From Leptogorgia sarmentosa (taxonomy: Eukaryota): a stretch of DNA of 64,000 nucleotides. The position numbers and the translations under genes were made by a program. The DNA lies in contig OZ210885.1 of assembly GCA_964658305.1 (NCBI GenBank), positions 11,470,001 through 11,534,000 of the forward strand, read 5' to 3'. The notes under the pieces are model-generated. The model worked only from the letters and a program-made list of their open reading frames with translations. It had not been told where the DNA came from and did no database searches. Below, one piece after another: positions 39,501-54,500 of this stretch. Numbering within the stretch: the stretch's first letter is position 1; every line of letters begins with the position of its first letter.

Positions 39501-42500
39501 TCTTTGTATAAGTCGTGTTCAAAAGAATTTCTCAAATTATGTATTACTTTTCTCAAAAGCATTGGCAATACTGAATTGATATGTAATACCTATCGAACCT
39601 AAAAGCTGTCAAACGTCCTACTTGTGATAAGGCGAATAAAATAAGTTACCAAGAAAAGCCTGATGTCTTAAAGGATTTGACACCTCTCGAAGAAAGACTA
39701 ATTTCGCCAAGAATAACTTTTATTCAAGTACGAGAACTTCCCAATTAAGTTTCAGGAGGCCAATTAAGTATTCATGGAGGTAATGTACCTGATGATGTTA
39801 ATTCTACTGCAAGCGTTTTACAAAGATCAATCAATGAATCACAAACAATTTCAATTAAATTAAAACGATCCCTTGGTACAAACACCATTATCAATTTCAG
39901 AATGCTATTAGTAAAGCTTCAGAAGCAGCTCAATACTTAGATCGTACCAGTGAAATATTTGAAAACGAAGGAATACAAATGGACAGTTATGTATTAAATC
40001 AAGTCGATAATAATGAAGAGAAGTGGTCAGAATTTATTTCCACGGATGCAATAGGGACTTCAGAAAATCTGAATGCTCACAGTCAAGAAGTAGTTGAGAC
40101 AAATGCAGATAAAGACTTGATTGACAATGATACAGATGATGAGTGGTGTGAAGTGACTGAACGGTCATCAGGTCTTATGGATACATTATTACAAGAAACC
40201 GACATTACCGAAGATGGTGACAGAATAATAAGTTTTGCACTAGGAGAAGGAATTAGACCACGTGGTATATTTGCAGACAAGGATTCTGAATTTCTTTTTT
40301 TTCCATCATTAATTGTGGAAAACGTCAAGCTGAAAGCATTATAGCGCAATGTGTAAATGGGAACTGCGAAGCAAAGATAGAAGAGTCGCGCAGTCTGTGC
40401 CGAACATTTTTACAAACTAAAAAAAATACAGATCAGGCAAATTCAAGGAAGTGCAAGTTTATCATTGCGTAAATGTAAAATTAAAGTTAAAATTTAAAAT
40501 CAGAGTTAATAATTTTGGATGAAGGATTACGAAATTTACGCGGATCACCTGCATACTTTGAAAGGTGTAAAAAAGATCTATTTGCCATGATTCGTCAGCT
40601 TGGTAGTCCTATACGTGGTTGTGTTCATTCTTAGCAGTGGATTCATTTGACTAAAATTCTTGGTCGTCTTATAGACAATAAAGATTCTACTAACGACGAA
40701 ATTAAACAAATGACATGGCAGAAAAATCTGAACTGATACAGAAAGATCCAGTCATATATGCAATAAATTTTCGACATAGGTACAATTATTCATTCACAAC
40801 TTTATTTAAAGCTCAAGTCATCCAGTTGGTGAAGTTGTTGACTTCTTTTATTCTATCGCGTTGAATTTCGGCAAAGAGGTTCTCCACATATCCACGGCTT
40901 ATTCTGGATAAAAAATGCTCCTGAGTATAGTAAAGATAGTGATGAAGATATTGCTGAGTTTGTCGATAGTTATGTTTCATGTAAAGCTGACTCAGATGAT
41001 TTAACTGATCTCGTAAATTTACAAAGGCATAACAACTCTAAAACGTGTAAGAAGAGTGGTCAGGTTGTTTGCAGATTTAATTTTCCGTTACCACCAATAA
41101 TGCCAGAAACCGTGATTTTAGAGCTTTCATCTGAGACTGATCTTGACGAAAATGTCGCCGCTATATTAAAGAAAGCTTTAGAATTAACGAATATCTGAGT
41201 TATATAGACTCCATCAAGGCAGATGAAACCATGACATTAATTTTGTTGAATTTTCTCAGAAGCTAAGTCAATCAGAACAGCGGTATATAAAAGCTATAAG
41301 GCTACCTGTTATGCAGTATTTCACCTGTACTTCAACTATCAACTGTCAGCCACCGATGATCAGATAAGAGAACTATAGCACGATCGTAAACTAAATATGT
41401 CTGTGTTCTCAACTTCCCGAAAATGACTATATACAATGAAAACTTCCAAGATTTTTTGAAGACACAACCAAAGAAGGATTATTCTTCCCAGAGCTGAAGT
41501 GGATATTTATGGACTTTATATGCATAACCGCACATGTTGCTTATCCTTCTCGTCATAAAGAACATTGCTAACTTAATCAAGAACACGCGTGCATACTATA
41601 CTCTGTTAATCGTTGGTTCTGCATGCAACTAGCAACTAAGCATGACAACTGCTGGTATATTGCAGAATTAACCCTTGTCAGTGTAACATATGTGGAAATA
41701 AATGATTTCATAAACACTCGTTCCGTTACCATAAAATAAATTACTTATCTTTTTACTGTCACAATGTAAAACAGAATACACATCATTTCAACAATTGCAA
41801 AGCTTACAAAAACGTTTTTTCAGTGTCTCAGTTTCAAACTTTGATATCACTTTATGTCCCCTTTATATAAAAGTCACTGAAGGGGAACGAACATTTTGTT
41901 AAGACAATCAAAAACTTTCTTTAGAAATTAGAAAAGAACATATATAATATATAGAATAATCAGATAAGCCCGTTAGTTGTTCAGTTTTAATTTTTTCCCG
42001 GTCAAAAATTCTCTTCATCTTTAAATGCTATCTTAAATTTTCTGAATTTGTTACGTCCGCTAATAATGTTGTGTATTTTTCTTTTCCAGGCAGACTGCTA
42101 TCTTATGAAGAGTTTCCGGGGATAAAGACGCTATTAGAGCAACTCCGTGCAAAATGCACGGAGAATTGCCGTCTTATACCGGAATTCTCATGTTTAGATC
42201 TTGGAGGCCCTGAGATCTTTCGAAAAACATTCGATTCAGATATATTCTCATTAGCGACGTCCACTACTCCATCCGCTACTCTTGTCCTTTGTGGTTTAGA
42301 GAATGGTTCAATCACAATCTTTGACCTTGACACAGGTAGGTAATCGTGTGGTAACGTACTATGGATAAAACTAATGCATGGCAAGGTTTGGGGTTTTCAA
42401 TAGTTTTTTTTTCTTTTGACCGATCGCCGGTCCGGAACAAGGATAAAACACAGATTCAAAGTAGCCTCCTCCGCAGGCATCTCTTGTCTCTGATCTCTAT

Positions 42501-45500
42501 GTACTAACTGTAGTGGGGGCGGGGAAAAAATTCGGAGAGATGCCTGCCATAAATCGACACAATAACTTGCACTGCGCATACCGGCTCGCGCATACAAATC
42601 GTTACTGTGGGGGGGGACAAAAGGGCAACATTGAAGATTTGTCGGCTTTGTCATTTGATATGACGGAATATGTCGGAGTCAAAAAACGTTGTAGTTATCG
42701 ACTCCAAATTGCAACTTAAAGAGTTGTATGACGTTAAGATAAGCAACGGGGAAGTATTTGTGGAATTAATTCAAGTCTTAGACCGAAAAGAAGAAGAGAA
42801 CGATACGATGGACGTGATCAACGATGCATCTGTGTTTTTAAATTTTGCGTATCCCTTAGCTTCACTTGTATTGCCGATTGTCTCTTTCTCACATCCTGTA
42901 CAACGCTACGGTGATCTTTGCTAGCAATCGGCAAGGAACTTTTCTTGTAAATTGGAATCTTTGAACTGCCTTCGCTCTTCGATCGAATCCGACACTGAAT
43001 TTATAATTAGCTAGGACGCAAAAAGCTACTTAGGGGACCCTGCTCCCGTATGACGTCCAATGAGGTGCCATCAGACGTCCACTTTGTTCGATTTATGGCA
43101 GGCATCTCTCCCGATTTTTTTTCCGCCTTCCCCGACACAGCTAACCCAAGCCGAATGTTAAAATTCTTAATAACACTAGAGATGCCTGCGGAGGAGGCTA
43201 GATTCAAAGCCGCTTCTGCTTATAATTGTAATTATATGTGCAACCATATCCTCACTCACATTTGTAAGAATCATCAGTTCTGAGTTATGCAGGTTGAGCG
43301 GCTGCGCGATGTACGTGAATAAAAAACGGAGCAAATTCGAAATCGCTCTCAATTTCGCAAAGCCACTCGGGTGACGTTATTTATTGACAAAACTTTGCAG
43401 TGCAAAATTATTCCTTGTCAAGAAACGTTGTACTAGCCTTCATCTTTAATTCTTTTTGTTAGCGCTGATAATGAACTAAATATAGATAAAAAGTTTAATA
43501 AAGTACATGTTTAACTTACCTTCTGTCACATGTACAGTAGTTGATTACATCGGAAATTTTACGGCGCTATGATCTCATGGAGCTCACTGGCCACTGGCCT
43601 CAGGGCTCGTCCCATTATGCTTCGCATCACTCTATTTAGTGTGGCTATATGCTTTGCTTCAGTTATATATCGGTTGTTATCAGATTACTTACGTGCGTCT
43701 CTATTCGGAATCGGCAAATAATTGATCTGCTCGCCAACGATAACTCGCCTTATTTCGTGCGACGTCGTCCAATAATTGATAGTAGGGACCTTAAGATCTA
43801 AAACGCCACAAACTCGACGACGGGTTCTAAATTTCAGCTTGAAAATGAGTGCTGACCTTTTTATGCTTTAAATAGATGTTGGAATTTTTTCAAGAAACAG
43901 CTACACCAGCCGTTGAACAAAGACCTCAACGGGTAGTACCCAATATTTCTCAATTGAGAACACGGGTAATGCCCACGCTGGACTATCGCCTAAGCTTGCT
44001 GGTCGGCGTTTCAGTATTACTCTTGATATAGTTATATTAGTGTTAGATATAAACCATTTTTCTATATACTAAGAATTTCTTAATCCCAACCCAAACCCTA
44101 GAATCCTAACCCTGACCATTGTGGTCAGAAAAATATTGAGGAAAAAAAAGTTTTCATCACCAACGCTGAAAAAATGTGTCGAACTGGGGTTTGAACTATA
44201 GAACTGCAACGCACGCATCGCGTGCCTTACCACTTGAGCTAAATCGAGCTCGCTGCTCACCACTCTGGCCTGGTTAAATGCATATGATTATAGACCCGGG
44301 CAATTACTGTTCATAATTTACCAGGCCAGGCTACTTAGACGATAGTCCAGCGTGGGCATTACCCATGTTCTCAATTGAGAAATATCGGGTACTACCCGTT
44401 GAGGTCTTTGTTTAACGGGTGGCTACACAGGTTCAGCTAAAGCAATGCGATCGTTGCTGTGTAGTCAACTTGAAGTTACAGCTCTCACGTTGTAATCAGC
44501 CTTCACGTTGCTTTGAAGACGTTATAATGCTTGGCTTAACATTGCGTTGATAACAAAGCTGTTGATACCACAATTTATGCTTGGTTTTTGTTCAGCATAA
44601 AAATTTGTTTGTTCGGAAAGCTCGTCGTCGATTTGGTCACGTTGTTGATCTTAGGATCCCTAATCCTCTGCTACAAAATTACTATGACACCATTTTTGAA
44701 CTTATCCACAATGTAGTTGTCTTTCTATTAGGAATGACAGAAAAGTCTGGTGATATAGTTACAGTTTGATAAAATAAAAATAAACCACTGTATACACGCG
44801 TCATATTTCGCGCAAATAAGTAAGTATTAATAATATTACGCCATCCAAATCTCATTTCGTTACACGGATAATTATTCAAATTTTTTAGACCTGTAGCCCA
44901 CTGCCCCGGTTTTTGAGAAAAGTTTCTGGGTAAAAAATAAAAAAATCTCACAAATGGCTGGACGGAATGCTTTTGTCTGCAACATATTAATCAAACTATA
45001 AAAAATCAATTCGGACAGAGTGACATATTATTTCTTCTAAACAATAAAACATACAATTATTAAGAAATCGTGTGCATAAATGATATCTGCCAATTTTAAA
45101 ATGTGAAAGTTCAGTAATTACAAATACAAGTAGGACAACATTCCTGTGCAATCATTGGTATTCGCTGTATAGAACATTTCCTGTTCATGAGCTCATTCAT
45201 GCTTTCCAATTATCTACTTTCTGTTCTACCACCATCACCAGCCATTTAATTTTATCTAAACAATAAATATATTATAAATTTCAGTAAACTGTTCGTCATT
45301 GGAAAACAGCCATAAGTGTGGCTGCTCTACAATTAAACCCATGTTTGTATAGTATGTGGTTGGTGAAATTTACGATTTAATAAACGAATATCTAGCTAAT
45401 TTGTTACATCAAAACAGCAACAGACTACACGCATGTATAGGTTACTTGACCGCTACTCTACCACTTTAGTTATCGACCCAACAGGGACCGGTAGCGAGAC

Positions 45501-48500
45501 TTACCCAAGCGTTCAAGTTGGCTCGATACCTATATCTATGGACTTGCACAACGAAGATGAGGGCATACTTTTACGAAATCCCAAGAAATAACGAATGAAA
45601 ACACACGCCTGTGAAACACGCTACAGTAAATTCCGCAAATTTACAGTTATTTTGTTTTTAGTATTAAAAATCGTTTCGGTGTTTGTCTATCGCTTACATT
45701 GCTGTTAAGTTGCTATAGGGACGTAATAGTAAAAATGAAAGTTAACGGTGTAAGCAGAGTGTAGCTGATAGGTTAGTTATTGTAGTTACTTGTCTCAATC
45801 ATTTATTTTGTCGCCGCAATGTTTTGAACAATACTCCCAGTGTAGAAGTGATATGAGTGAAAATGATCTATTACACCCTTTTATGTACGTGCTCTCTTAT
45901 TTTATAAACAGGTAGAGAAGTTCAGCAACTACAGGGACATTCTAAGAAAGTTACCTGTTTGGCTGTGTCACAAAGTGGAACAATACTAGCGTCAGGGTCG
46001 TGGGACGGCAGTACAATCCTTTGGAGAATGGACAGTTATGAACAGCTTTTTGTGTTTCAAGGGGACAGGATAGTTAATGCACTGGATTTCAGTGCAGATG
46101 ATCAGCGAGTGTTTATTGGAACCATAGACGGTAAGCATCTTAAACACAAATCAAACAAGGATATCAAAATATTGTTCAGAATAGGTAAACGAAAATCTGC
46201 ATTAACGTTTCTTGACTTCCGCTCTGCTTAAAAGTTAGTATTAAAGTGCGCGAGTTTCGATAAGAAATAAGATTTTGCACTGTTATTTTCAAGGTGTTAT
46301 TTTAACACCAAAAAGAGGGGTTACGGCATTTAGTCTAAAATAATCCTTTTTTAGGGGTTACAAATAACTCCAATTAGGGTGTTAAAATTTAACCCCAGTT
46401 TTGGAGTTAAAATAACACCGATTTAGGTGTTAAAATATAACACCTTTTGAGGAGTTAAATAAATCTAACTCCGTTTCAGGGGGTTAAATTAAAAATTCAT
46501 TCGTCGAATTTCAGAAACTCACCTTCCCAAATGGTCCATTTATATCTTTGGGCTATGTTATTGTCTTTGAAAAAACATTATTTTCCGCCATCAATAAATA
46601 ATTTAAATTATCATATGGCAAGTGTTCTGAGCGGTCCGTCTGCTAAAATACAGCATTCTGATTGGTTCCTGAGCGGTCGGTAACCTGCAGTACGGACCGC
46701 TCACGTTTAGCGACGTCGGTTGTTTACTGAATCAAGCGACAACGAAGACGAAATAAGTTAAAAACATGTTTGAACATTCTGTTCTTTTTTTGTTTCAACA
46801 TTTTGTTCTTTTTTTGGTAGCCAATAACATTTTAGAGAACAATTTTTAGCAAACTTCTTCAGCTGTTCTCATATTAATTAGCCGTTTACCGGCTTTGTTC
46901 ATAGTATTGAATTGTTGTAAACGAGTTTTGTTTATCTTTTGCCATATAATAAATAGCTTATTGACTGAGTTTGTTCGATCCGTACTGGAGGATACTGCAC
47001 GGTCTCGTTCTTTTCTCGCTTGTTTATGGACCTCGCCTTCGGCTCGGTCATAAACAAGCGAGAAAGGAACTCGACCGTGCAGTATCCTCCAGTACGGACC
47101 TCACACTCAGTCAATAACATATATATATTCAAAATAAAAAGAAAATAACACAGGAGAAGGAGGAGAAATAAGGACATGGATTTCAACATATTGGACTCTG
47201 TTTTTCTCAGATAGATGCTAATGCCTTACGTTTCCGACGATCAATCTATATTTTTTTGTGCGTATTGTGTTTTAACCAACATGCGACCCACCGTTCGAAA
47301 GATCACTTTTTTTTTTTATTAGGATTTCAATGAACTTGTCTTTACTTCGTGCGGTATATACGCAGTGAAAAAAAAAAGAATTAAAAATTTGTATTTCAAC
47401 TTTCGGAAACGTGTTGGAGAGAAAGAGAGCTCGTTTGTAATCCGTCCTACATTTCAACCATTTTATCTGAATTCGTACCTGTAACCTGTTGTACATTATC
47501 GACTGCATTTGGAAACGAACTATATTTTCATTATTTTGAAGCGAAGCCCAACTGCCATTACATGGTCCATGCTTACAGTTTTTTCGCGATCTTTAACCCA
47601 GTCTTACTGGCAGTGGCGACGCCAGCGCTCATGCAAGTCATGCAGTGCATGACTAAAAATTTCCCCAAAAATGTTTAAAAATATAAGATTGGTAAAATTA
47701 TTCAGTATAGAATTATACTTTATCTTTGCACTTCTGCGCTGAAGTGTTTTATTCATCATTTTTCTGTCCAAATCAATTGTCTTTGAGCGATATTTTCGCT
47801 AAGTGTTCTCGAATGTTATTGATTTCGGCTTTGTTACCATGACAACAGAGCGGTCATGCAGATTTTACATGCATGACCGATTGCGCAATTAGCGCAAACG
47901 CGTGGAAGACGATTGCGGCTAATTTTGAAGGTTCGGTCATGCAATTTTCGATTTGCATGACTAACAGGCAGCCAACCCGAATACACAGCCTCTTTGCTTT
48001 CAGCCTTGAATGAACATGTCTTCTCGTGGTCAATCAAGCATGTGAAGCTGTTCTTCATTGCAAGTGAATGAAAATCCGGAAAACGATGATGTTATTTGAT
48101 GATAATATAATGTGGCCAACATGTTTGAATACGTTGATAAAACAATTAAGATGTTCTTTATATATCAGCAATGAAACTAGACTTCACGAGGCTTCACTAA
48201 GCTTGGGTTGTTAATGTTTGTTTACACGACATGCCGGGGATTTACAGAATTTTCGATACTAAAAGAATTAAACCATATAGGGGCATACAAAACTAAATTT
48301 AACGTTAGCCCGATACTGTGAAAAAACTGGATATATTATTACGACGCAGAAGTAGCGTGCACTTTATGATTTAACTCATTTAAGATCATTTGTTCAGTAC
48401 GCGACGATTTGTATATATTATAATTTTAAAAAGGTCAGAGGTCAGGTCAGAGATTTATTTGATTTGACGCGCGCGCTGGGCCTGCTGCGATTTCCAGATG

Positions 48501-51500
48501 GCTGGAAATGGCGACTCTGGTGGTCTATATTTCAAAATTTTCCCGGGGGAGAATCCCCCCGGACGGACCCCCCTAATTGTGGTGGGTCTTTTTCATGACC
48601 AAACGACAAAGGCTGGCGTCGCCACTGCTTACTGGTATGGATGCCCTGTAGTATGCATACAATTTGACAACAATGTACCTATGGTATAGGGTGGGTTTAT
48701 GAAATTTACAAACGCCATCGTATCGTGTGATTGGACCATGTTCACTAATTCTTTTTGTGTTTGATGCCAGGAACAGCAGTTTCACAACGTAGCTGTAGTA
48801 AAATGATTTCCTGGGAAAACCACATACGTCTGTTTTAGTAGCACCTCTCAACCTTCGCCAAAAGTACAAATTGTTCATATTCAAACAATAATTGCAACAG
48901 CTGGTTTGAGGATTCCAGCGACTGCGTATCTCCAAACCAGCGGTTAACTGTGAACGTCGTGTAGAGCGCAGTGAAACGCAGTGTAAAAACATAAGCCTGC
49001 AACAGCCAGAGCATGTTCAGCGCCGGAGAGGGACACAATTAAAAACAAGATTTCACAAAATCGTATCAGAGTTAAACATTATTGAAACATCAGTCTGACG
49101 AGTATCCATCATGCGTTGTAGGGCTGAAAGTGTATTGTGTATCTACCGGAGAAAACCTCTCAACAAGTATTCCTGAGAAAGTCAGGTCGCTGTGTACGAC
49201 CAAAGATGGACAGTTCATTGCTACTGTTGGATATGGTGACATGACTATCAAGTTGTGGAAAGCCGATAAACTAAATTTTGAGGCCAGTTTGGTTGGCCAT
49301 ACAGATTGGATGACATGTGTTGTCGCAACAGGTATGCAATACTGTATGAGTTAATATTTCATAACATTTTGAAGATCTTACTTCAATAGAGTCTCTTCAG
49401 AATTATATTTGTTATTTCATTCGGATAAAACATATTCTTTATTATAAACTTCGTTAATGGTTCAATAAAGCAATGATTGGAGGGGAATATCATGTTTTGG
49501 AATAAATATTCCCAATTATTGCACAAAAATACCTGCTTGTAACAGCATTCTAATATTGTAATGAAAAATTATGCCTAGAAAGAAAGCAAAGTCTTTCCTT
49601 AATTGTTAGTATGGTGGTAACCAGTGCGTTGATTTACAAGCACTATTTTAGGACTTTCTGATTTCTTTCAAATTTTTAGGCTGGTTGTATTTGTATATGC
49701 TAAGAGTATTTTAAAATGGCCACTAGCTTTCTAAATATACTCTGAGACAATTTGCTTGTGTGTGTATATTTCAACTGATTACCCTGTGTCGCAGACCTTA
49801 AAGAGAGGTTACAGTCCCTTTTGCGCATGTGCGAGCTTTGTTTACGTCTGGAGACTCCACCGGATGTGTCAGTGTTATTCTCGGTCTAGTCTCACTTCCG
49901 GCAATAATAAAGGCACGTTTGTTTTAATTGAGGAGTGAGCATATTATTTAAATCGGTGTAATCAGTGTCATATGTCAGTGAGGAATTTTACATCTGTCAG
50001 GCACAGGCTAGTGAAATTGTTTGGGAGAAATTGTTTTGAGTAAAACATGGCCAGTCTAAAGTTTATTTGTTTGATTGTTTTGTTTGATGGAGATCGTTGA
50101 AGGAAGAGCGCAATTTGAGGACGGACAGAGTATCGCCAACATGCTTCTCAACGAATATATGGCCAGAAATGTCGATGTTTAGTACATAGTAAAGTACGAA
50201 ACAGTAAAAATTAACTTACATTACATTAAGAATCAAATATTTTACTGTTTCGTACTTTACTATGTACCAAACTTCGACATTTCTGGTCATATATTCGTTG
50301 AGAAGCATGTTGGCGACACTCTGTCCGTCCTCAAATTGCGCTCTTCCTTCAACGATCTCCATCAAACAAAACAATCAAACAAATAAACTTTAGACTGGCC
50401 ATGTTTTACTCAAAACAATTTCTCCCAAACAATTTCACTAGCCTGTGCCTGACAGATGTAAAATTCCTCACTGACATATGACACTGATTACACCGATTTA
50501 AATAATATGCTCACTCCTCAATTAAAACAAACGCGCCTTTATTATTGCCGGAAGTGAGACTAGACCGAGAATAACACTGACACATCCGGTGGAGTCTCCA
50601 GACGTAAACAAAGCTCGCACATGCGCAAAAGGGACTGTAACCTCTCTTTAATGTATAAATTGTGATACTGTACAAGTAGATTCAAAAGACTTGGCATTTA
50701 GGGTATTGTATATTTTATTAGCGTTGAGACCTCTTGTAAGTAATAATAGTGTGCCGTAAAAATAAAGGCAAGCTCTGAAACAAGGGCATAGGAATCAAGT
50801 TGTAGTTTGTAGGGGAGGGGGAGGCACAAGGACAACAGAATCCAAACCTTTACTATTAAATGTTGCAACTTTAAATAAAAACTTGTTCCTGTATTTGCAA
50901 CTTGCAATCAGCAAGGCGGCATCTTGGAAAAAAAACATTTAAAAACTAATGAATGATGGAATCCTACAAAATATTTTAGTACATTTGGGCAAATTATCAT
51001 GTCTATCAGAAAGCTGTACAAATCCTAGGCATGAAAGAAGGTCAATTTCTTTTTTAAAACGGCACTTATAACCATGAAAGTTGGGGGTGAAAGTGCCCCA
51101 CCATCCTACGCCACTGCTCTGAAATGCATTTCATAGGGATACATCAACCAAGAACAATTCTAGCCGTTTCACATGTATCTAATTAATGCACATGTATCAA
51201 ATTAAACTACAATATATAATAGAATTCAATACAACAGAATATGACAGCATTTTATACCATTTGTTTTTAACTTATGAAATTATATAGATAAAGTAACAAA
51301 TGGATCGAAGCCAACATGAATGTTGTTTGTAAAGTAATATTGTTTTAGATATACTGTCCATTGCCAAGATATACATATAGCCAGGTGTCGTTTGACTTAT
51401 CTTGTCCATCTTGACTTCAGACCCTTTTTTTCCAACAGACAAAATTTATATAGTTAGACCTGTTTTATAATTGTTGTGAGATATTGGGGGATATTTCTGT

Positions 51501-54500
51501 TTTCCTGCTTTCAGATGGCAAGTAGATGGTGGGGGCTTAATAAATTTTCACCCAAATTTGGTATCGTAAATATACTAATTCACACAACACATCCAGAATA
51601 TCAATTAACTTCATTACGCATTAAAATTAAAGGAACGAAAGTTTTTTTTCATAAATGTTTTGCTTGATTCTCAGCCGAATTGAACCAAAATGTAATCATC
51701 TCTTCCTTGTGTAATGGCAAACAATTGTGCAAGATGTTCGATATTTCACAAACAAACCAGGATGATTACATAACCTCCTCGCGGTCGTAATGAGCTTTAA
51801 CATTATGCTTATGCAAAACTAACTGGAAGAATAATGTTACTTTGCACAATTCATTCGTGATCATGACTATTGTACTTGCCAGACGGTTCGCCCATATTTT
51901 GAGTATTTCAAATTTATCCTGACACATTGGAATTTCTTTTTGCGTCAATTTCTCTTCAATATCCTAACGGTACCAACAAAATAAACTTTCGGTATTCTAC
52001 TACTGTAGAATCCATTGCCTGGACATGCAGAATGCATATATAAAAATTTCTCCTGTCAGCGATCGAGTTATTGAATATATTTAGGATATCATGTACTTTG
52101 CTTTCCCTTGTTTTTTTGTGCCAGTTCGACTAAAATGCGAAGTTTCTCTTTTAGATTCAGGAAAAAACAATCCAATGCTCGTGTCTGGTTCAGACGATGG
52201 GACAATAAAAATTTGGGATTTAAAAACGTATCAGGAAATTCGTACCCTTGACGTTCGATCTCGTGTTACCAGTGTCGCTGTGAGCGATGATAAAAAGAAT
52301 ATTATCTCTGGAGACGATGAAGGAAGTGCGAGGTTGTGGTGTTTCCACACTGGAAAGTCCCTTTCCTGTTATGAAGGTCACACCGATCGCATCAGGTGGG
52401 TTCACTCTAGCAGCTATATCTAATTTAGCGAAAGGATCGTTATGCGGGCAAGGCAACAACGAAGACCCGATACATAACATTAAGCTTAACATACAACACA
52501 TTCTGTTTTGTGTAATTGTATTAATTTATTACGATATTTAACAGTCACACTTAGACGTACTGCTTCTTGAAATCGGTTATTGATGAATTGAAAAGATAGC
52601 GAAGATGAACGCCATCAAAGTAATTTTCAGTCATCCATTTGTTCGCAACGCTACAAGAATTTCTATTTATTACACTAATATACTAATTGGCTTGTGGCTA
52701 TAGTCGTGCTTATTTGCAATGGACGACTTGGGCTTTAGAAAGATTTTAATGAGGGATAAACGTAGGAAATTAAGCGCATGACATCCAATGCAACATAATT
52801 TTACCTGTTGTACATCTTTCATTACCCTATCTTGTATTGTTGCTTTCGTTGATTTTTTGCAGTACTGAACTCTACAATATGTCTATAGGGCTCCCGTTGA
52901 TAACAGTTATTTTTATTACTGACGGGACTACCCAATGTGAATAAAAGTTTTATCTATCTATCTATCTTCTTAATTGTTGACATAGTAATAGAAAGATTTT
53001 TGCAAAAATTAAAGTCACCATAGGTGTAGTTTTCATTTGCACTAAAATTTGATGAATACGACATATTTCCCAGATCATGTATGAATAAATTATACAGCAT
53101 ATTTTGATAACATTGGTCTGACAGAGATCGTCTTTGCCTTTTTTCGGTAGAAAAAATTATTATTTGAAATAAACAATCAACTTCTAATATTTCAGCGGTG
53201 TCGCAATAATTCCCAATGCAAAGAAGGCATTGACAGCGTCATGGGATGGAAGTATCAGGGTTTGGAACCTGGGAACTGCTGCGTACATGGAACAATACAG
53301 TCTCTCTGATCATTCAAATGACGTCACAGTTATTACAATCGCTCGTGATGAGTCTAGATGCGTTACCGCTTCAAATGATGGTACTTTCAAAGTTTGGAAT
53401 CTTCACACAGATGCACAGTGCTTTTCTGTCAAAGGTATAGTTCAAATTGTCTATTTGGGTCAGCTTTCTTATAAATAGGTTGCGGACGATCTCGTTTTCA
53501 TTTCATTTCACTGACTAAATTCATTTTTATTTTACTAAATTGATATTGTCTGCAACGCTCTGCACTGATATTAACCGATGGTTAAGTAGAGTTGAATGGA
53601 TAGCAGGATTTCGTAAATTAATAAAGTTAATTGCCGTTAATTTGTATTTCCTAAGATAATTGCATGTAAAGAAAAGAATTACTTTGATATTCTTATAACC
53701 AATCATAATTACAAAATTTCAACTAGTTTCATGCAGAATGACGAAATAAAACTTGAAAACAAAGCAATAAGTGGTGAGAAATTTTATATTTTGGTATTTC
53801 GCTCGTGTTGTGTTTGTCATTGTCATCTGTGTGTATCAAATATTCCGTATCTCTACACTATTCCTTGTATTCAATAAACAAATTACTTCATGCGCAGTTG
53901 GCTCGTTTATTCGAATTTTATTATTTACAAATCGTACACATCTCTATTTACATCATTGACGAAAGGGAAATGTTTTATGAGATTTGGCGATTGTCTACTT
54001 ATACACTTTGCTTTAGAAAATTCGTACAGTTCCTCTCGTTTACAGAAAGACAATACATAGAGATTGATGGCTACTTCACGGTTGACGAGTGCATACGATT
54101 TGTATTTACCAATTGTGAAGGATCGTTAAAATAAAGGAGATCGCTGGATGGTATACTCCAAAATAAGATATCCGCGACTGCTGTACATTCACGTCAGCGG
54201 TGATAGAAATTTCTATTGGCGTACTCATAAAATAAACCAGTCCCAAACCATAAATCTGACCCTAACCTTTGGTTATGGTTTGGTACTCGTGGTTAGGGTC
54301 AGATTTATGGTTTGGGACTGGTTTATTTTGTGAATACGCCAATAGAAATTTCTATCACCGCTGACGTGAAGGTACAGCAGTCGCGGATATCTTATTTTGG
54401 AGTATACCATCTAGCGATCTCCTCAAAATAAACGAGTGACCCCGTGAGAAATCGAGTGACCCCGTGTGAGCTTTGCGATCACAAGGAGTAAATAATAATA

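Noticed and set aside
48771..48840. Possible extra exon after ttgatgccag
   Set aside because: There is an in-frame stop in the required phase, and exons 8 and 9 already join cleanly.
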